The notes under the pieces: generated by a model
What the model saw: the letters and a program-made list of their open reading frames with translations, nothing else
Database searches by the model: none
What the model was told of the DNA's origin: nothing
Translations under genes and position numbers: made by a program
NCBI GenBank assembly: GCA_035551475.1
Contig: DASZMX010000053.1
Coordinates: forward strand, 32,328-96,327
Length of the DNA stretch: 64,000 nucleotides
Direction: 5' to 3'
Origin: Verrucomicrobiia bacterium
GTDB lineage: Bacteria; Verrucomicrobiota; Verrucomicrobiia; Limisphaerales; Palsa-1400
Shown: positions 17,801-26,276 of the stretch, piece by piece
Layout of the letters: each line of letters starts with the position of its first letter
Position numbering within the stretch: position 1 is the first letter of the stretch

Positions 17801-18980
17801 AAGCGAATCGAAACGTGGTCTGGTTCATCCGCTCCCAATCGAGCCAATCGCTGTTGGCGCCGATCTGCCGTTTGTGGTCAAGAATGGAGGAGTCGTCCAC
17901 TTCGGCTCCGAACAACTCCAGGTTGCCATCGCTGTTATGGCCCACCGCGGGATAAGGCTGGGTGGGCCAGCCCATGCCCCACCACCCCGACCAGATGTCC
18001 TGGCCGTCGGGCTTGAGCTGCCATTTGTGCCAAAGAGTGTTGTCCTTAATATTGACAGCAAAAACTTCAATTCTGCCATCGGCATTTTCCGTCAGGGCGA
18101 GGCCGGTTTTGAATCGACCCTCAAAATCGATCCATGCTCCCCACCGCGCGCTGTCGCCGGCTTCCAACTCGCAAATGCGGTTCACCGCATGGTTGGTGGG
18201 ATTGACGCCAAAAACTTCGAGGCGCCCGTCCTGGTTGTGGCTCACACGAAATCCCGGCAAAATCGAGCCGCCCAAATCGTTCCAACGCGACCACTCCTCC
18301 GAGCCGTTGGCGCGTTCCCAAATGTGCCGCAGCCCCCCGTCGTTGGTGGCAACGCCAAACAATTCCCAGCGTCCATCGCTGTTGCGCGCCGCCACCACTC
18401 CGGGCTCGACTCCGCCGCCCAGGCTGGTCCATTCCGACCATTCCCCCCACGGCCCGGCGCGCCACAGGTGCGCCACATCGGAATTGCCGGCGCCAAGCGC
18501 GAACACATCCACGGCTCCCTCGGCGCCTTGCGCGACGGTGATCGGCCCGCGCAATTCGCCCCCGAGACTAATCCAACTGGACCATTCCACCGCGTTGGGA
18601 GTGGTTTGCCGCAGGCTGCGTAATTCGTGCGTGAGTTGATCGATGGCATAAACCTCCAGCACGCCCTGGGCGTTGGTCGCCGTCGCGACTCCTGGCAGCA
18701 CGGGCCCGCCTAATTTTGACCAGCGCGACCATTCACCGCGCGCGGGAATTTGCCAGCGGTGAAACAACGCGCCATCCGCATCGACACGGAACACTTCCAG
18801 GCGGCCATCCGCATCCACGCCGACCACCGGCTTGTTGACAAGCGAAAACTCGTCCGCGCGACAGATCAGGCCTAAAGCCATGACCAACGCCGCGACGATC
18901 CGCCGCCAGGTTAAATGGGTGCGATGCACTGTTTTATCATCATAACTTCCCTGACGGAGAAATGCCACCGTTGGTCGCAT
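14871..18980 (-). CDS. giant sensor histidine kinase: signal anchor, 7-repeat Trp-rich propeller, 14 Reg_prop repeats, Y_Y_Y domain, TM, HisKA_3, HATPase_c
   Basis: 1369 aa. Seven repeats of type DGRLEVFGV...W.RW..LGG (aa 51-385). Fourteen repeats of type G.LW(V/I)G(T/S)..GL.R (aa ~400-1010). Y_Y_Y-like segment YRRKLEGLDADWVEAG...YTFHVAACN. One TM helix. H-box RIAKDIHDDLGSSL. ATPase boxes NNIVRHSGA and DDNGHGF. Confidence 0.9.
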   Translation of the reverse strand: MRPTVAFLRQGSYDDKTVHRTHLTWRRIVAALVMALGLICRADEFSLVNKPVVGVDADGRLEVFRVDADGALFHRWQIPARGEWSRWSKLGGPVLPGVATATNAQGVLEVYAIDQLTHELRSLRQTTPNAVEWSSWISLGGELRGPITVAQGAEGAVDVFALGAGNSDVAHLWRAGPWGEWSEWTSLGGGVEPGVVAARNSDGRWELFGVATNDGGLRHIWERANGSEEWSRWNDLGGSILPGFRVSHNQDGRLEVFGVNPTNHAVNRICELEAGDSARWGAWIDFEGRFKTGLALTENADGRIEVFAVNIKDNTLWHKWQLKPDGQDIWSGWWGMGWPTQPYPAVGHNSDGNLELFGAEVDDSSILDHKRQIGANSDWLDWERMNQTTFRFASRLWQMDEGLPNNFVQAIAQTHDGFLWVGTLAGLARFDGMRFTTFDARNTPEIKNSSITALCATRDGALWVGSDGGGVAVLRDGVFSTLTQSNGLAGNEVRVIYEGKNALWVGSTTGMSRYQGGHVVNYTTKQGLLSDVVRAILEDRSGALWIATGGGLNRLTGQVMDSFPMPNGLPNDAVRAIFQDKGARIWIGSNNGMLWENWYDLGHFYAYNTRFGLSDSFVSAILEDHENNFWVGTYSGLNRFRAGRFFSELNNDGMPFDRVNALFEDNQGDIWVGSKEGLARLTPERFFSYTRQQGLTHNNVMSVREDAAGNIWAATWGGGLDCLRDDHVTALTQSNGLPTDLILSTEEGRDGKLWIGCDYDGGLACLQDGNLQRYTARDGLINAPIRVLHEDHAGTLWIGATKGLSRMRAGKFVNYTTADGLAGNLIRALAEDAAGVLWVGSEGGLTRIENGRITRMTTADGLSDDTVTALRPDKSGDLWIGTRGGGLDRLHHGKITAYTSRQGLFCDEIFEILDDDLGWLWMSSSQGVFRVRKSELDNLDHGDVKKIVSIAYGKNDGMVTPQCNGAAKPGGWKGRDGRLWFPTSKGLVVVDPSTVRVNRAAPAVFIEQVWADKRPMLGRLPAPAISPGRELWIPPGRGEVKFDYCALDYRAPEECRFRRKLEGLDADWVEAGTQRSATYNNLPPGSYTFHVAACNADGIWNEAGLALPVVVIPFYYQTLWFRLLLAGLAVGGAGAAARFFTARRMRRQLELLEQRHAIERERGRIAKDIHDDLGSSLTRIMMLGERTQEGLVRREDVAAHVHKIVNSARHTVQSLDEIVWAVDPENDTLEGLINYITHYADEFFENTAVSCRLEMPVQAPPWPLPAEVRHDLFLVVKEAFNNIVRHSGASAAQVKLDCAGDELEISIDDNGHGFNLDARGGNGLSNMRQRIARMGGQFQCASAPGQGTQLRMLVRLQPLEANGNAAPLI

Positions 18981-19007
18981 CTCTCAGGGAAATCCCGCGC
19001 CAGGCAT

Positions 19008-19030
19008 GAGGAAATCACTGGCTTTTCCTC
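19008..19030. promoter_or_regulatory. inverted repeat GAGGAAA-N9-TTTCCTC in the divergent kinase/pseudopilin intergenic region (candidate operator)
   Basis: Perfect 7-bp arms at 19008-19014 and 19024-19030. GGAAATC also occurs as a direct repeat at 18988 and 19010 (22-nt spacing). No function has been shown. Confidence 0.25.
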
Positions 19031-19066
19031 GCCCGATGAATTATCAGAACACTGTTGTATTCCCTA

Positions 19067-19927
19067 ATGAACGCCAGACGCTTCTTCTCGAAGTGGTTTG
19101 CGGGCCGGCCTCCCGCGCGAAACAGCGCGTTTACCCTCATCGAATTGCTCGTGGTCATTGCCATCATTGCGGTTCTGGCCGCGCTGCTTCTGCCCACGCT
19201 GGCGAAAGCCAAGGGGCAGGCGCTCGCCATCAATTGCATCGGGAATCTGAAACAACTTCAAGTCTGCTGGCATCTTTATGCCGACGATTTCAAGGACGTG
19301 CTTCCGCCCAACGATTCCGTGTACAATTTCGAATCGCCCACCAACGGAGAATTTACGCAGCAGCTTTCCTGGTGCCAGGGCAACGCGCGCGCTGACACGA
19401 ACACCGCGGCGATCGAAGCCGGTTTGCTCTATCCCTATAATCGATCAACCGGGATTTACCATTGCCCCGCCGATTTTACCACGGTGGAAGGGCATCCCAA
19501 CATCTATCGCAACCGCAGTTACAACATGAGCCAATCCGTCAACGGCCTTGGCATGGTTCCGATTCCGGCGGACAGCTATCCGGTCGATGTGTTTCAGCGC
19601 TGTTTCATGAAACTTTCCGCGATCACGAATCCAACGCCCTCGAAGCTTTTTGTATTTATTGACGAGAATCAGGGCACGCTTTACGACGCGCAATTCGGCT
19701 ATCCGATGCCCAACTATGATTACCGATGGTGGGACATGCCCTCAGACCGGCATAACCAGGGGGCCAACCTCAGCTTTGTCGATGGGCACGTGGAACGCTG
19801 GCATTGGCGGGCGCCAAAAATTTCCGATACGGCCTTGCCGGCGATCACCCCGGGCGGAGACACGCAGGATTACAACCGGGTGGGGTCAGCCATGCGGATT
19901 GTCCCGGTCGATGGTTTAGCGGACTGA
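19067..19927 (+). CDS. type II secretion/type IV pilin-like pseudopilin with prepilin N-methylation signal and DUF1559 (H-X9-DG) domain
   Basis: AFTLIELLVVIAIIAVLAALLLP cleavage/methylation motif. C-terminal HNQGANLSFVDGHVERW fits H-X9-DG. ATG 19067 is chosen over TTG 19055. Confidence 0.88.
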   Translation: MNARRFFSKWFAGRPPARNSAFTLIELLVVIAIIAVLAALLLPTLAKAKGQALAINCIGNLKQLQVCWHLYADDFKDVLPPNDSVYNFESPTNGEFTQQLSWCQGNARADTNTAAIEAGLLYPYNRSTGIYHCPADFTTVEGHPNIYRNRSYNMSQSVNGLGMVPIPADSYPVDVFQRCFMKLSAITNPTPSKLFVFIDENQGTLYDAQFGYPMPNYDYRWWDMPSDRHNQGANLSFVDGHVERWHWRAPKISDTALPAITPGGDTQDYNRVGSAMRIVPVDGLAD

Positions 19928-20998
19928 ACGCGCGGCGCGCAGGCAGTCTTCCAAAACTTGCTGCGTCTTGAGCGCGAGATCCGGCCATTCCCGGTTTAAT
20001 TTGCCCGACTGGATTTGCGCCGCAAAATCGCGAAACATGTTGCTCTCCTGCGCGGTCGCGTGGCTGTTGCTGTATTCACGCAGATCCCAACGACGCAAAC
20101 CGCCATCGAGATTGAAGTTGCAACCATCCGCTTCGAAGGCCGAGTTGCACGTTTCAAATCCGACGCTGCTGCCAAAGAAGGGCAGCACAAAATCCGATAA
20201 TCGCACAAAACCCAGGTCGCCGCTGATTTGGGCAAGTTGTTGGTTGTACGTAATGAAGGATGAATAAAAGCTGGCCGAGACGCCCCCGTCGAACATCAAT
20301 TCCCCGGAGAATTCAATCGGCACGGCGCGGCCGCCGCGGCGGGATTTGCTCTCAGTCAAAATGCGTCCGCTCACCGCGCGGGGCATTTTTCCTTCCAACG
20401 CCCATAATGCAAAGCGAATGCAGTACCACGCCAGATCCCCTGCGCAACCGAGCGGTTCCAAGGAGCTGTCGGTGCGGATATTGTTGGACAAATAATTTTC
20501 GTCCGCGCGAAAGGTAAAGGCCAGCGTGAGGCGGCGCAGGCGCCCGACTTTTTCCGCCAGCGCCTGACGCACCAGGGCCAGACGACGACTGTGCATGAAC
20601 ATCACGCCGTCCATGAATTGCACGCGATGTTTCCGACAGGCGGCGATCATTTCCTGCAAATCGGCCACACTGACCGCGCACGGTTTTTCACAAACCACAT
20701 GCTTGCCCGCCTGCGCCGCGGCGATGACCCATTCCTTGCGCAAACCGGTGGGCAGCGGAATATAAACGGCGTCAATGTCCTGTTCGCCGAGCAACGTGGC
20801 GTAACCCTCCACCGCGCGGGGTTTCTCCCCAAAAGCCGCCTGCGACTGGCAACGATCGATAAAGCGCGCGGCGGTGGCAACCTGCCGGCTCGCCACCGCT
20901 GCGACCACGCCGTTGCCGCTGTTTTTAATCGCGAGCCAGTTTTTCCGCGCGATTTCCGCCGCGCCCAAAATGCCCCAACGAATCATCGGTTTGTGCAT
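19916..20998 (-). CDS. Gfo/Idh/MocA-family NAD(P)-dependent oxidoreductase
   Basis: N-terminal Rossmann motif IRWGILGAAEIARKNW and the EKP motif (VVCEKPCAVS). ATG 20998 is chosen over TTG 21004. Confidence 0.85.
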   Translation of the reverse strand: MHKPMIRWGILGAAEIARKNWLAIKNSGNGVVAAVASRQVATAARFIDRCQSQAAFGEKPRAVEGYATLLGEQDIDAVYIPLPTGLRKEWVIAAAQAGKHVVCEKPCAVSVADLQEMIAACRKHRVQFMDGVMFMHSRRLALVRQALAEKVGRLRRLTLAFTFRADENYLSNNIRTDSSLEPLGCAGDLAWYCIRFALWALEGKMPRAVSGRILTESKSRRGGRAVPIEFSGELMFDGGVSASFYSSFITYNQQLAQISGDLGFVRLSDFVLPFFGSSVGFETCNSAFEADGCNFNLDGGLRRWDLREYSNSHATAQESNMFRDFAAQIQSGKLNREWPDLALKTQQVLEDCLRAARSVR

Positions 20999-21110
20999 GG
21001 CCAAATACTATGCGGGGCGATTGCCGCGTACCAAGCGGCAAAGTTTTTTTACTTCCCACGCCCCGCGCAGCGTTTACCATACAGCCCCGCGTGCCCAACC
21101 GACGCCCGAA

Positions 21111-22604
21111 ATGATTGACAACTCCCTGACTGCCGCGGTCCGCCACGAGCTGACCCGGAGCGGCCTCTACAGCGAAGACCTGGCCCCGATTCCCCCGGAA
21201 AAACGAACGTGGCGTTGGTGGAATTTTGCGGCGCTCTGGATTTCGATGTCGGCCTGCATCCCCACTTACATGCTGGCGTCGTCGCTGATCGGCGGCGGGA
21301 TGAATTGGTCGCAGGCCATTCTCACGATTTTTTTCGGGAACCTGATTGTGCTGATTCCGATGGTTCTCAACGCCCATGCCGGCGCCCGTTATGGCATACC
21401 GTTTCCCGTCTATTGCCGGGCGGCATTTGGAACCAAGGGCGCGAACATCCCGGCCTTGTTGCGGGCCTTCGTGGCCTGCGGCTGGTTTGGCATCCAGACG
21501 TGGATTGGCGGCGAAGCCATTCATAAAATCCTGGCCATTTTCTACCCGTCGCTGGGCGGCGCCGCCGCCAATTGGCTGGGCATCACGGCGCCGCAAGCCG
21601 TTTGTTTCCTGGCGTTCTGGCTGGTGAATATGTGGGTTATTTACAAAGGCATCGATTCCATCCGCATTTTGCTCAACATCAAGGCGCCGCTGCTCATTGC
21701 GCTCGGCCTCGTGCTTCTCGCTTGGGCGTATCACAATGCCGGCGGCTTCGGCCCCATTTTGTCGCAGCCTTCGGCCTTTGCGCCGGGACAGCCCAAGAGC
21801 GGGCAATTCTGGACCTTCTTTGTGCCAGCGCTGACGGGAATGATCGGCTTTTGGGCGACTCTCTCGTTAAACATCCCTGATTTCTCGCGTTACGCTGTCA
21901 CGCAGAAAGATCAAATGCTCGGCCAAGCCCTCGGCCTCCCGCTCACCATGGCGCTGTATTCCTTCATCGGGGTGGCGGTGACTTCAGCCACGGCGATCAT
22001 CTACGGCCAGACGATCTGGGATCCCGTCGATGTGCTGACGCGCTTCAAAAATCCCGCCGTATTAATTGTCGCGATGCTGGCGCTCTGTCTGGCAACGCTC
22101 GCCACCAACATCGCCGCCAATGTTGTCAGCCCCGCGAACGACTTTGCTCATCTTGCGCCCAAAAAAATTTCGTTCCGCATGGGCGGCTTGATCACCGGCG
22201 TGGTGGGCGTATTGATGATGCCATGGAAATTGGTGGCGGACCCTTCCGGCTATATTTTCACCTGGCTCGTAGGCTACAGCGCGCTGCTCGGACCTATCGG
22301 CGGAATTCTCATCGCCGACTATTTCGTTTGCCGCCACCGGCGCCTGGATCTAACCGCGCTCTACCTAGAAAATGGAGCGCATCAATATCGCCGCGGATAC
22401 AACCCCGCGGCGCTGGTCATTCTTGCGCTGGCGGTGCTGCCGAATATTCCAGGATTTTTGGCGACGGTAAATGTGATTCCGAAAGATCGGATGCCGACCT
22501 TGTTCTTGACGCTCTACAGTTACGCTTGGTTCGTCGGATTTGGCATCGCCTTTGGGGCCTACATCATCACCGCTCGTTTTCGAACGGCGGAAGTTCGCGC
22601 GTGA
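21111..22604 (+). CDS. NCS1-family nucleobase:cation symporter (cytosine/uracil/allantoin permease-like)
   Basis: EDLAPIPPEKRTWRWWNFAALWISM is the typical NCS1 N-terminus, followed by 12 hydrophobic helices. From ORF 20874..22604, with the start trimmed to ATG 21111. Confidence 0.85.
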   Translation: MIDNSLTAAVRHELTRSGLYSEDLAPIPPEKRTWRWWNFAALWISMSACIPTYMLASSLIGGGMNWSQAILTIFFGNLIVLIPMVLNAHAGARYGIPFPVYCRAAFGTKGANIPALLRAFVACGWFGIQTWIGGEAIHKILAIFYPSLGGAAANWLGITAPQAVCFLAFWLVNMWVIYKGIDSIRILLNIKAPLLIALGLVLLAWAYHNAGGFGPILSQPSAFAPGQPKSGQFWTFFVPALTGMIGFWATLSLNIPDFSRYAVTQKDQMLGQALGLPLTMALYSFIGVAVTSATAIIYGQTIWDPVDVLTRFKNPAVLIVAMLALCLATLATNIAANVVSPANDFAHLAPKKISFRMGGLITGVVGVLMMPWKLVADPSGYIFTWLVGYSALLGPIGGILIADYFVCRHRRLDLTALYLENGAHQYRRGYNPAALVILALAVLPNIPGFLATVNVIPKDRMPTLFLTLYSYAWFVGFGIAFGAYIITARFRTAEVRA

Positions 22605-22624
22605 CTTAAAACCCTGAGGCGGAT

Positions 22625-24475
22625 ATGTTTCCGGACGTGTCACGCTTCTTTCGGCTGATCGCAGGTTTGATGCTCGGCGGCATTTTGACCGCGCGACTTT
22701 TCGCGCAGGATGTTTCCACGAACGACGCCCTGCAATTTGACGGAATCAATAATTGGGCCGTTTACCCGCCGGCGCCGCTTGCGCTGGATCCGTTTCCCAT
22801 GACCATCATGGTGTGGATCAAAACCACCCAGAACAGCCCGAAGGCCCAGGGGGCCATTGTCAACAAATACGAAGAAAGCGCGGCGGATGGCTATCAATTG
22901 GTGATGATCAACGGCCATGTGCAAGGTTGGTATTATGGTGACAACGGGGACCTCGTTGATGGGGGCCCGCCGGATGGCGGATTTGTGGCGGACGGCAAGT
23001 GGCATCATATCGCGTTCACCGTCGATGCCAGCGGAGGATATTTATATGTGGACGGGGCGCTGAAAAGTTCTCGCGGATGGAACGGAATACCAGGCGGCGC
23101 CACGATCAATTGGCCTTTGAAACTCGGTTATTATCCGGATATTCCCGACCCCACGGTTTCTGGCCTTTATCAAGGCCAGTTGGACGAGGTGAGCCTGTGG
23201 AATGCCAACTTCTATACACGGCAAGTGCAGGCTTACATGAACCATCGTCTCACCGGCGCCGAGGAACATTTGGTCGGTTACTGGCCCTTCAACGAAGGCG
23301 CCGGGAGCGTGGCGGTAGATGCCACGGGCCACGGCTATAATATGACGCTCGTTGAGAATCCGCTTTGGGTTCCGTCCAACCCGGCGATTGGCCAGCCCGG
23401 GCTGGGACCGTTGCCGCAAACCTGGCGCAAATCCACCGCCGGCAACGATCAATGGTATTCGCTCGCCGGATCGGCCGACGGCAGAAACTTGACTGTGGCG
23501 TCCAGCTCGGGCGCAGCCGCGGTGTCCAGCAACGGAGGTTTGTCGTGGCAGAATTCCAGTTTTAACACTGGCTGGAGTTCCATGGCAGCCTCGGGCGATG
23601 GCGCCAGGGAAGTCGCGGGAACGTATGGCGGCTCCATGCTTCTTTCCACGAATTACGGCCTGGACTGGACTATCTCCAGCAGTCCGGCGCTGCTCTGGTA
23701 TTCCGTGGCTTCGTCAGATGACGGACAGCAATTGGTCGGCGCGCCGTACGGCGGTCCAATTTATATTTCCACGAACGCCGGCTCTTCCTGGCAACCTGCG
23801 GGCGCTCCCTCGACCAATTGGTTTTGCGTCGTGTCCTCCAGCGATGGCGTGCATCTGGCCGCCGCCGTTTTCGGCGGGCCGATTTACACTTCGGCGGATG
23901 CGGGTGTCACGTGGGCGCCAACGTCGTCGCCCTCCGATCAATGGCATGCGCTTTCGTGTTCCGCCGATGGTTCAAAACTGGTCGCCGCGATTCGTTACGG
24001 CGACGTTTATTATTCGACGAATTACGGCGTCGATTGGATGCCATCGGCCACACCGCCCGACTCCAGTTGGACGGGGCTCGCCTGCTCCGCGGACGGCTCC
24101 TGCGTGGCGCTCGGCGGCCAACAGGGCGTTTACACCTCGACAAATTATGGCGCCGATTGGACGCAGGCGCCGCTGTTCGACGCGCAAAATTGGTCTGCGG
24201 TGAGCATGTCCGCGGATGGTTCCGCCATGACCGCCGGCTCGTTTATGGGGCCCGTCTTCACCACCACCGCGCCGCCATCGTTGTCTGTGGCGGGCGCGGG
24301 TGCAAACTTGCAGCTCTCATGGCCAGCGTATCCGGGCGGATTTAATCTGGAGGGAAGTTCCGATTTCTCAGCCTGGACCGGGATCACCAATGAAGCGGCG
24401 CTCACGGATGGAACACATACGGTCACACTTCCGCCGGACGGCAGCCAGCAATTTTTCCGGCTGCAAACCCCTTAA
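22625..24475 (+). CDS. secreted LamG/ConA-like lectin domain protein with ~7 Asp-box (BNR-like) propeller repeats and a C-terminal beta-sandwich-like tail
   Basis: Signal peptide. LamG-type segment (DGKWHHIAFTVDASGGYLYVDG, LDEVSLWN). Repeats S.DG..L..A..GG.IY.S.N.G..W occur seven times (STNYGLDWT, STNAGSSWQ, SADAGVTWA, STNYGVDWM, STNYGADWT and others). The tail ends in QQFFRLQTP. Confidence 0.75.
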   Translation: MFPDVSRFFRLIAGLMLGGILTARLFAQDVSTNDALQFDGINNWAVYPPAPLALDPFPMTIMVWIKTTQNSPKAQGAIVNKYEESAADGYQLVMINGHVQGWYYGDNGDLVDGGPPDGGFVADGKWHHIAFTVDASGGYLYVDGALKSSRGWNGIPGGATINWPLKLGYYPDIPDPTVSGLYQGQLDEVSLWNANFYTRQVQAYMNHRLTGAEEHLVGYWPFNEGAGSVAVDATGHGYNMTLVENPLWVPSNPAIGQPGLGPLPQTWRKSTAGNDQWYSLAGSADGRNLTVASSSGAAAVSSNGGLSWQNSSFNTGWSSMAASGDGAREVAGTYGGSMLLSTNYGLDWTISSSPALLWYSVASSDDGQQLVGAPYGGPIYISTNAGSSWQPAGAPSTNWFCVVSSSDGVHLAAAVFGGPIYTSADAGVTWAPTSSPSDQWHALSCSADGSKLVAAIRYGDVYYSTNYGVDWMPSATPPDSSWTGLACSADGSCVALGGQQGVYTSTNYGADWTQAPLFDAQNWSAVSMSADGSAMTAGSFMGPVFTTTAPPSLSVAGAGANLQLSWPAYPGGFNLEGSSDFSAWTGITNEAALTDGTHTVTLPPDGSQQFFRLQTP

Positions 24476-24520
24476 AAATTGTTTTGTGCGCCCCGCTGAA
24501 TTTCCGCATTCTAGGGCGTG

Positions 24521-25861
24521 ATGAAAAACCCGACTCTGCCTCCGTTCGATTACAAGCCCCAGCCTTATCGCGGCCCCTCGGCTGATGAAACCCTCAAGCT
24601 GCGCCGCGAATTTTTGAATCCCGGCCTGTTTCTTTATTACAAGAAGCCGATGATGATTGTCGAAGGCAAGGGCCAGTATGTATTTGACGATCAGGGCCGG
24701 CGTTATCTGGACGCGCTGGGCGGCATTGTGACGATCAGCGTGGGGCATTGCCATCCGCATGTGGTCGAGGCGGCGCGCCGCCAAAATGAAACGTTGCAGC
24801 ATTCGACCACGATTTACCTGCATCCGAACATCGCCGAATTTGCGCAGAAGCTCGCCTCCAAAATGCCCGGCGATTTGAAAGTGTGCTATTTCGTCAATTC
24901 CGGCTCGGAAGCCAACGACTTAGCCATGCTCATGGCGCGCGCTTACACGGGAAATTTCGACGCCATCGCGCTGCGCAATTGTTATCACGGCGGAAATATG
25001 TCTGCGATGGGCCTGACCTCGCACAGCACCTGGAAATTCAATGTCCCTCACAGCTTCGGCGTCCATCACGCCCTGGCGCCTGATCCATACCGTGGCGAAT
25101 GGGGCCGCGACAACCCGGCGGCCGGTGAAAAATACGCCGGCGATGTGAAGGGGTTGATCGATTTCGCCAGTTCCGGGCAGGTCGCCGCCTTCATCGCGGA
25201 ATCCATCCAAGGCGTGGGTGGTTGCGTGGTTTTTCCGGATGGTTATCTGAAAAAGGCGTATGAGCATGTGCGCGCCGCGGGCGGCGTTTGCATCGCCGAC
25301 GAAGTTCAGGCGGGCTTTGGCCGCACCGGGTCGCATTTTTGGGGATTTGAAACGCAAGGCGTCATTCCCGACATTGTCACGATGGCCAAAGGCATCGGCA
25401 ACGGCTGCCCGCTTGCGGCTGTGGTTACGACGCCGCAAATCGCCGCCACGTTGCAAAAGAAAATTCACTTCAACACTTTCGGCGGCAATCCCGTCGTGTG
25501 CGCGCAAGGCAAGGCCGTTCTGGAAGTGATTGAACGCGAAAACTTGCAGGCAAATTCTCTCGCCATGGGAAATCACATCGTCGCCGGGCTGCAACGCCTG
25601 ATGGCGAAACATAACATTATTGGCGACGTCCGCGGCAAAGGCCTTTTGCTCGGCATCGAATTGGTCAAGGACCGCGCGACCAAGGAGCCGGCCAAGGCGG
25701 AATGCGCGCGAGTCGTGGAAACCTGCCGCGACCTCGGCCTGCTTTTGGGCAAGGGCGGATTGTGGGGCCAGGTCATTCGCTTTGCGCCCCCGATGACGAT
25801 CACCCGCGCCGATGCGGATTTTCTGCTCGAGGCGCTGGACGCAGCCTTCACCACGCTCTAA
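24521..25861 (+). CDS. class-III PLP aminotransferase (alanine-glyoxylate / beta-alanine-pyruvate aminotransferase 2-like)
   Basis: [22 protein letters not shown] and PLP-lysine context [15 protein letters not shown] 24521 follows GTG 24518. Confidence 0.85.
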   Translation: MKNPTLPPFDYKPQPYRGPSADETLKLRREFLNPGLFLYYKKPMMIVEGKGQYVFDDQGRRYLDALGGIVTISVGHCHPHVVEAARRQNETLQHSTTIYLHPNIAEFAQKLASKMPGDLKVCYFVNSGSEANDLAMLMARAYTGNFDAIALRNCYHGGNMSAMGLTSHSTWKFNVPHSFGVHHALAPDPYRGEWGRDNPAAGEKYAGDVKGLIDFASSGQVAAFIAESIQGVGGCVVFPDGYLKKAYEHVRAAGGVCIADEVQAGFGRTGSHFWGFETQGVIPDIVTMAKGIGNGCPLAAVVTTPQIAATLQKKIHFNTFGGNPVVCAQGKAVLEVIERENLQANSLAMGNHIVAGLQRLMAKHNIIGDVRGKGLLLGIELVKDRATKEPAKAECARVVETCRDLGLLLGKGGLWGQVIRFAPPMTITRADADFLLEALDAAFTTL

Positions 25862-26274
25862 TGGCAAAAGATCCTTCCGCTCCCAACGCCCAGGCGCGCC
25901 GCTTGCTGAAGCTGGCGGGCGCCGCCATGAAAAACGCCTATGCGCCGTACTCGAAGTTTCGCGTCGGCGCCGCGCTTTTGCTCAAGGACGGGCGCATCTT
26001 TACTGGTTGCAACGTGGAAAACGCCTCCTACGGGCTGACGATTTGCGCCGAGCGCAATGCGATCTTCGCCGCCGTGGCCGCGAGCCAAAAGAAGCCGGAA
26101 ATCATGATGGTCGCCGTGGTCAACGATCAGAAAATGGCGTGCTCTCCCTGCGGCGCCTGCCGCCAGGTCATTTCCGAATTTGGCCCGCAAGCCCTGGTCT
26201 GGTATTTGGGCCCGGACGGCCCGCGCCAGCGTCCGATGTTCGATCTTTTGCCGGACGGCTTCACGTTCGATTGA
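25861..26274 (+). CDS. cdd: cytidine deaminase
   Basis: Motifs YAPYSKFRVGAA, CAERNA and PCGACRQ. The ATG shares one base with the upstream TAA (TAATG). Confidence 0.92.
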   Translation: MAKDPSAPNAQARRLLKLAGAAMKNAYAPYSKFRVGAALLLKDGRIFTGCNVENASYGLTICAERNAIFAAVAASQKKPEIMMVAVVNDQKMACSPCGACRQVISEFGPQALVWYLGPDGPRQRPMFDLLPDGFTFD

Positions 26275-26276
26275 CT

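Noticed and set aside
14964-18623. Long plus-strand ORFs (14964-16223, 17106-18623) opposite the giant kinase
   Set aside because: The minus-strand product has coherent repeat and kinase architecture. The plus-strand translations are compositionally biased (Arg/Pro/Gly/His-rich) and lack motifs.
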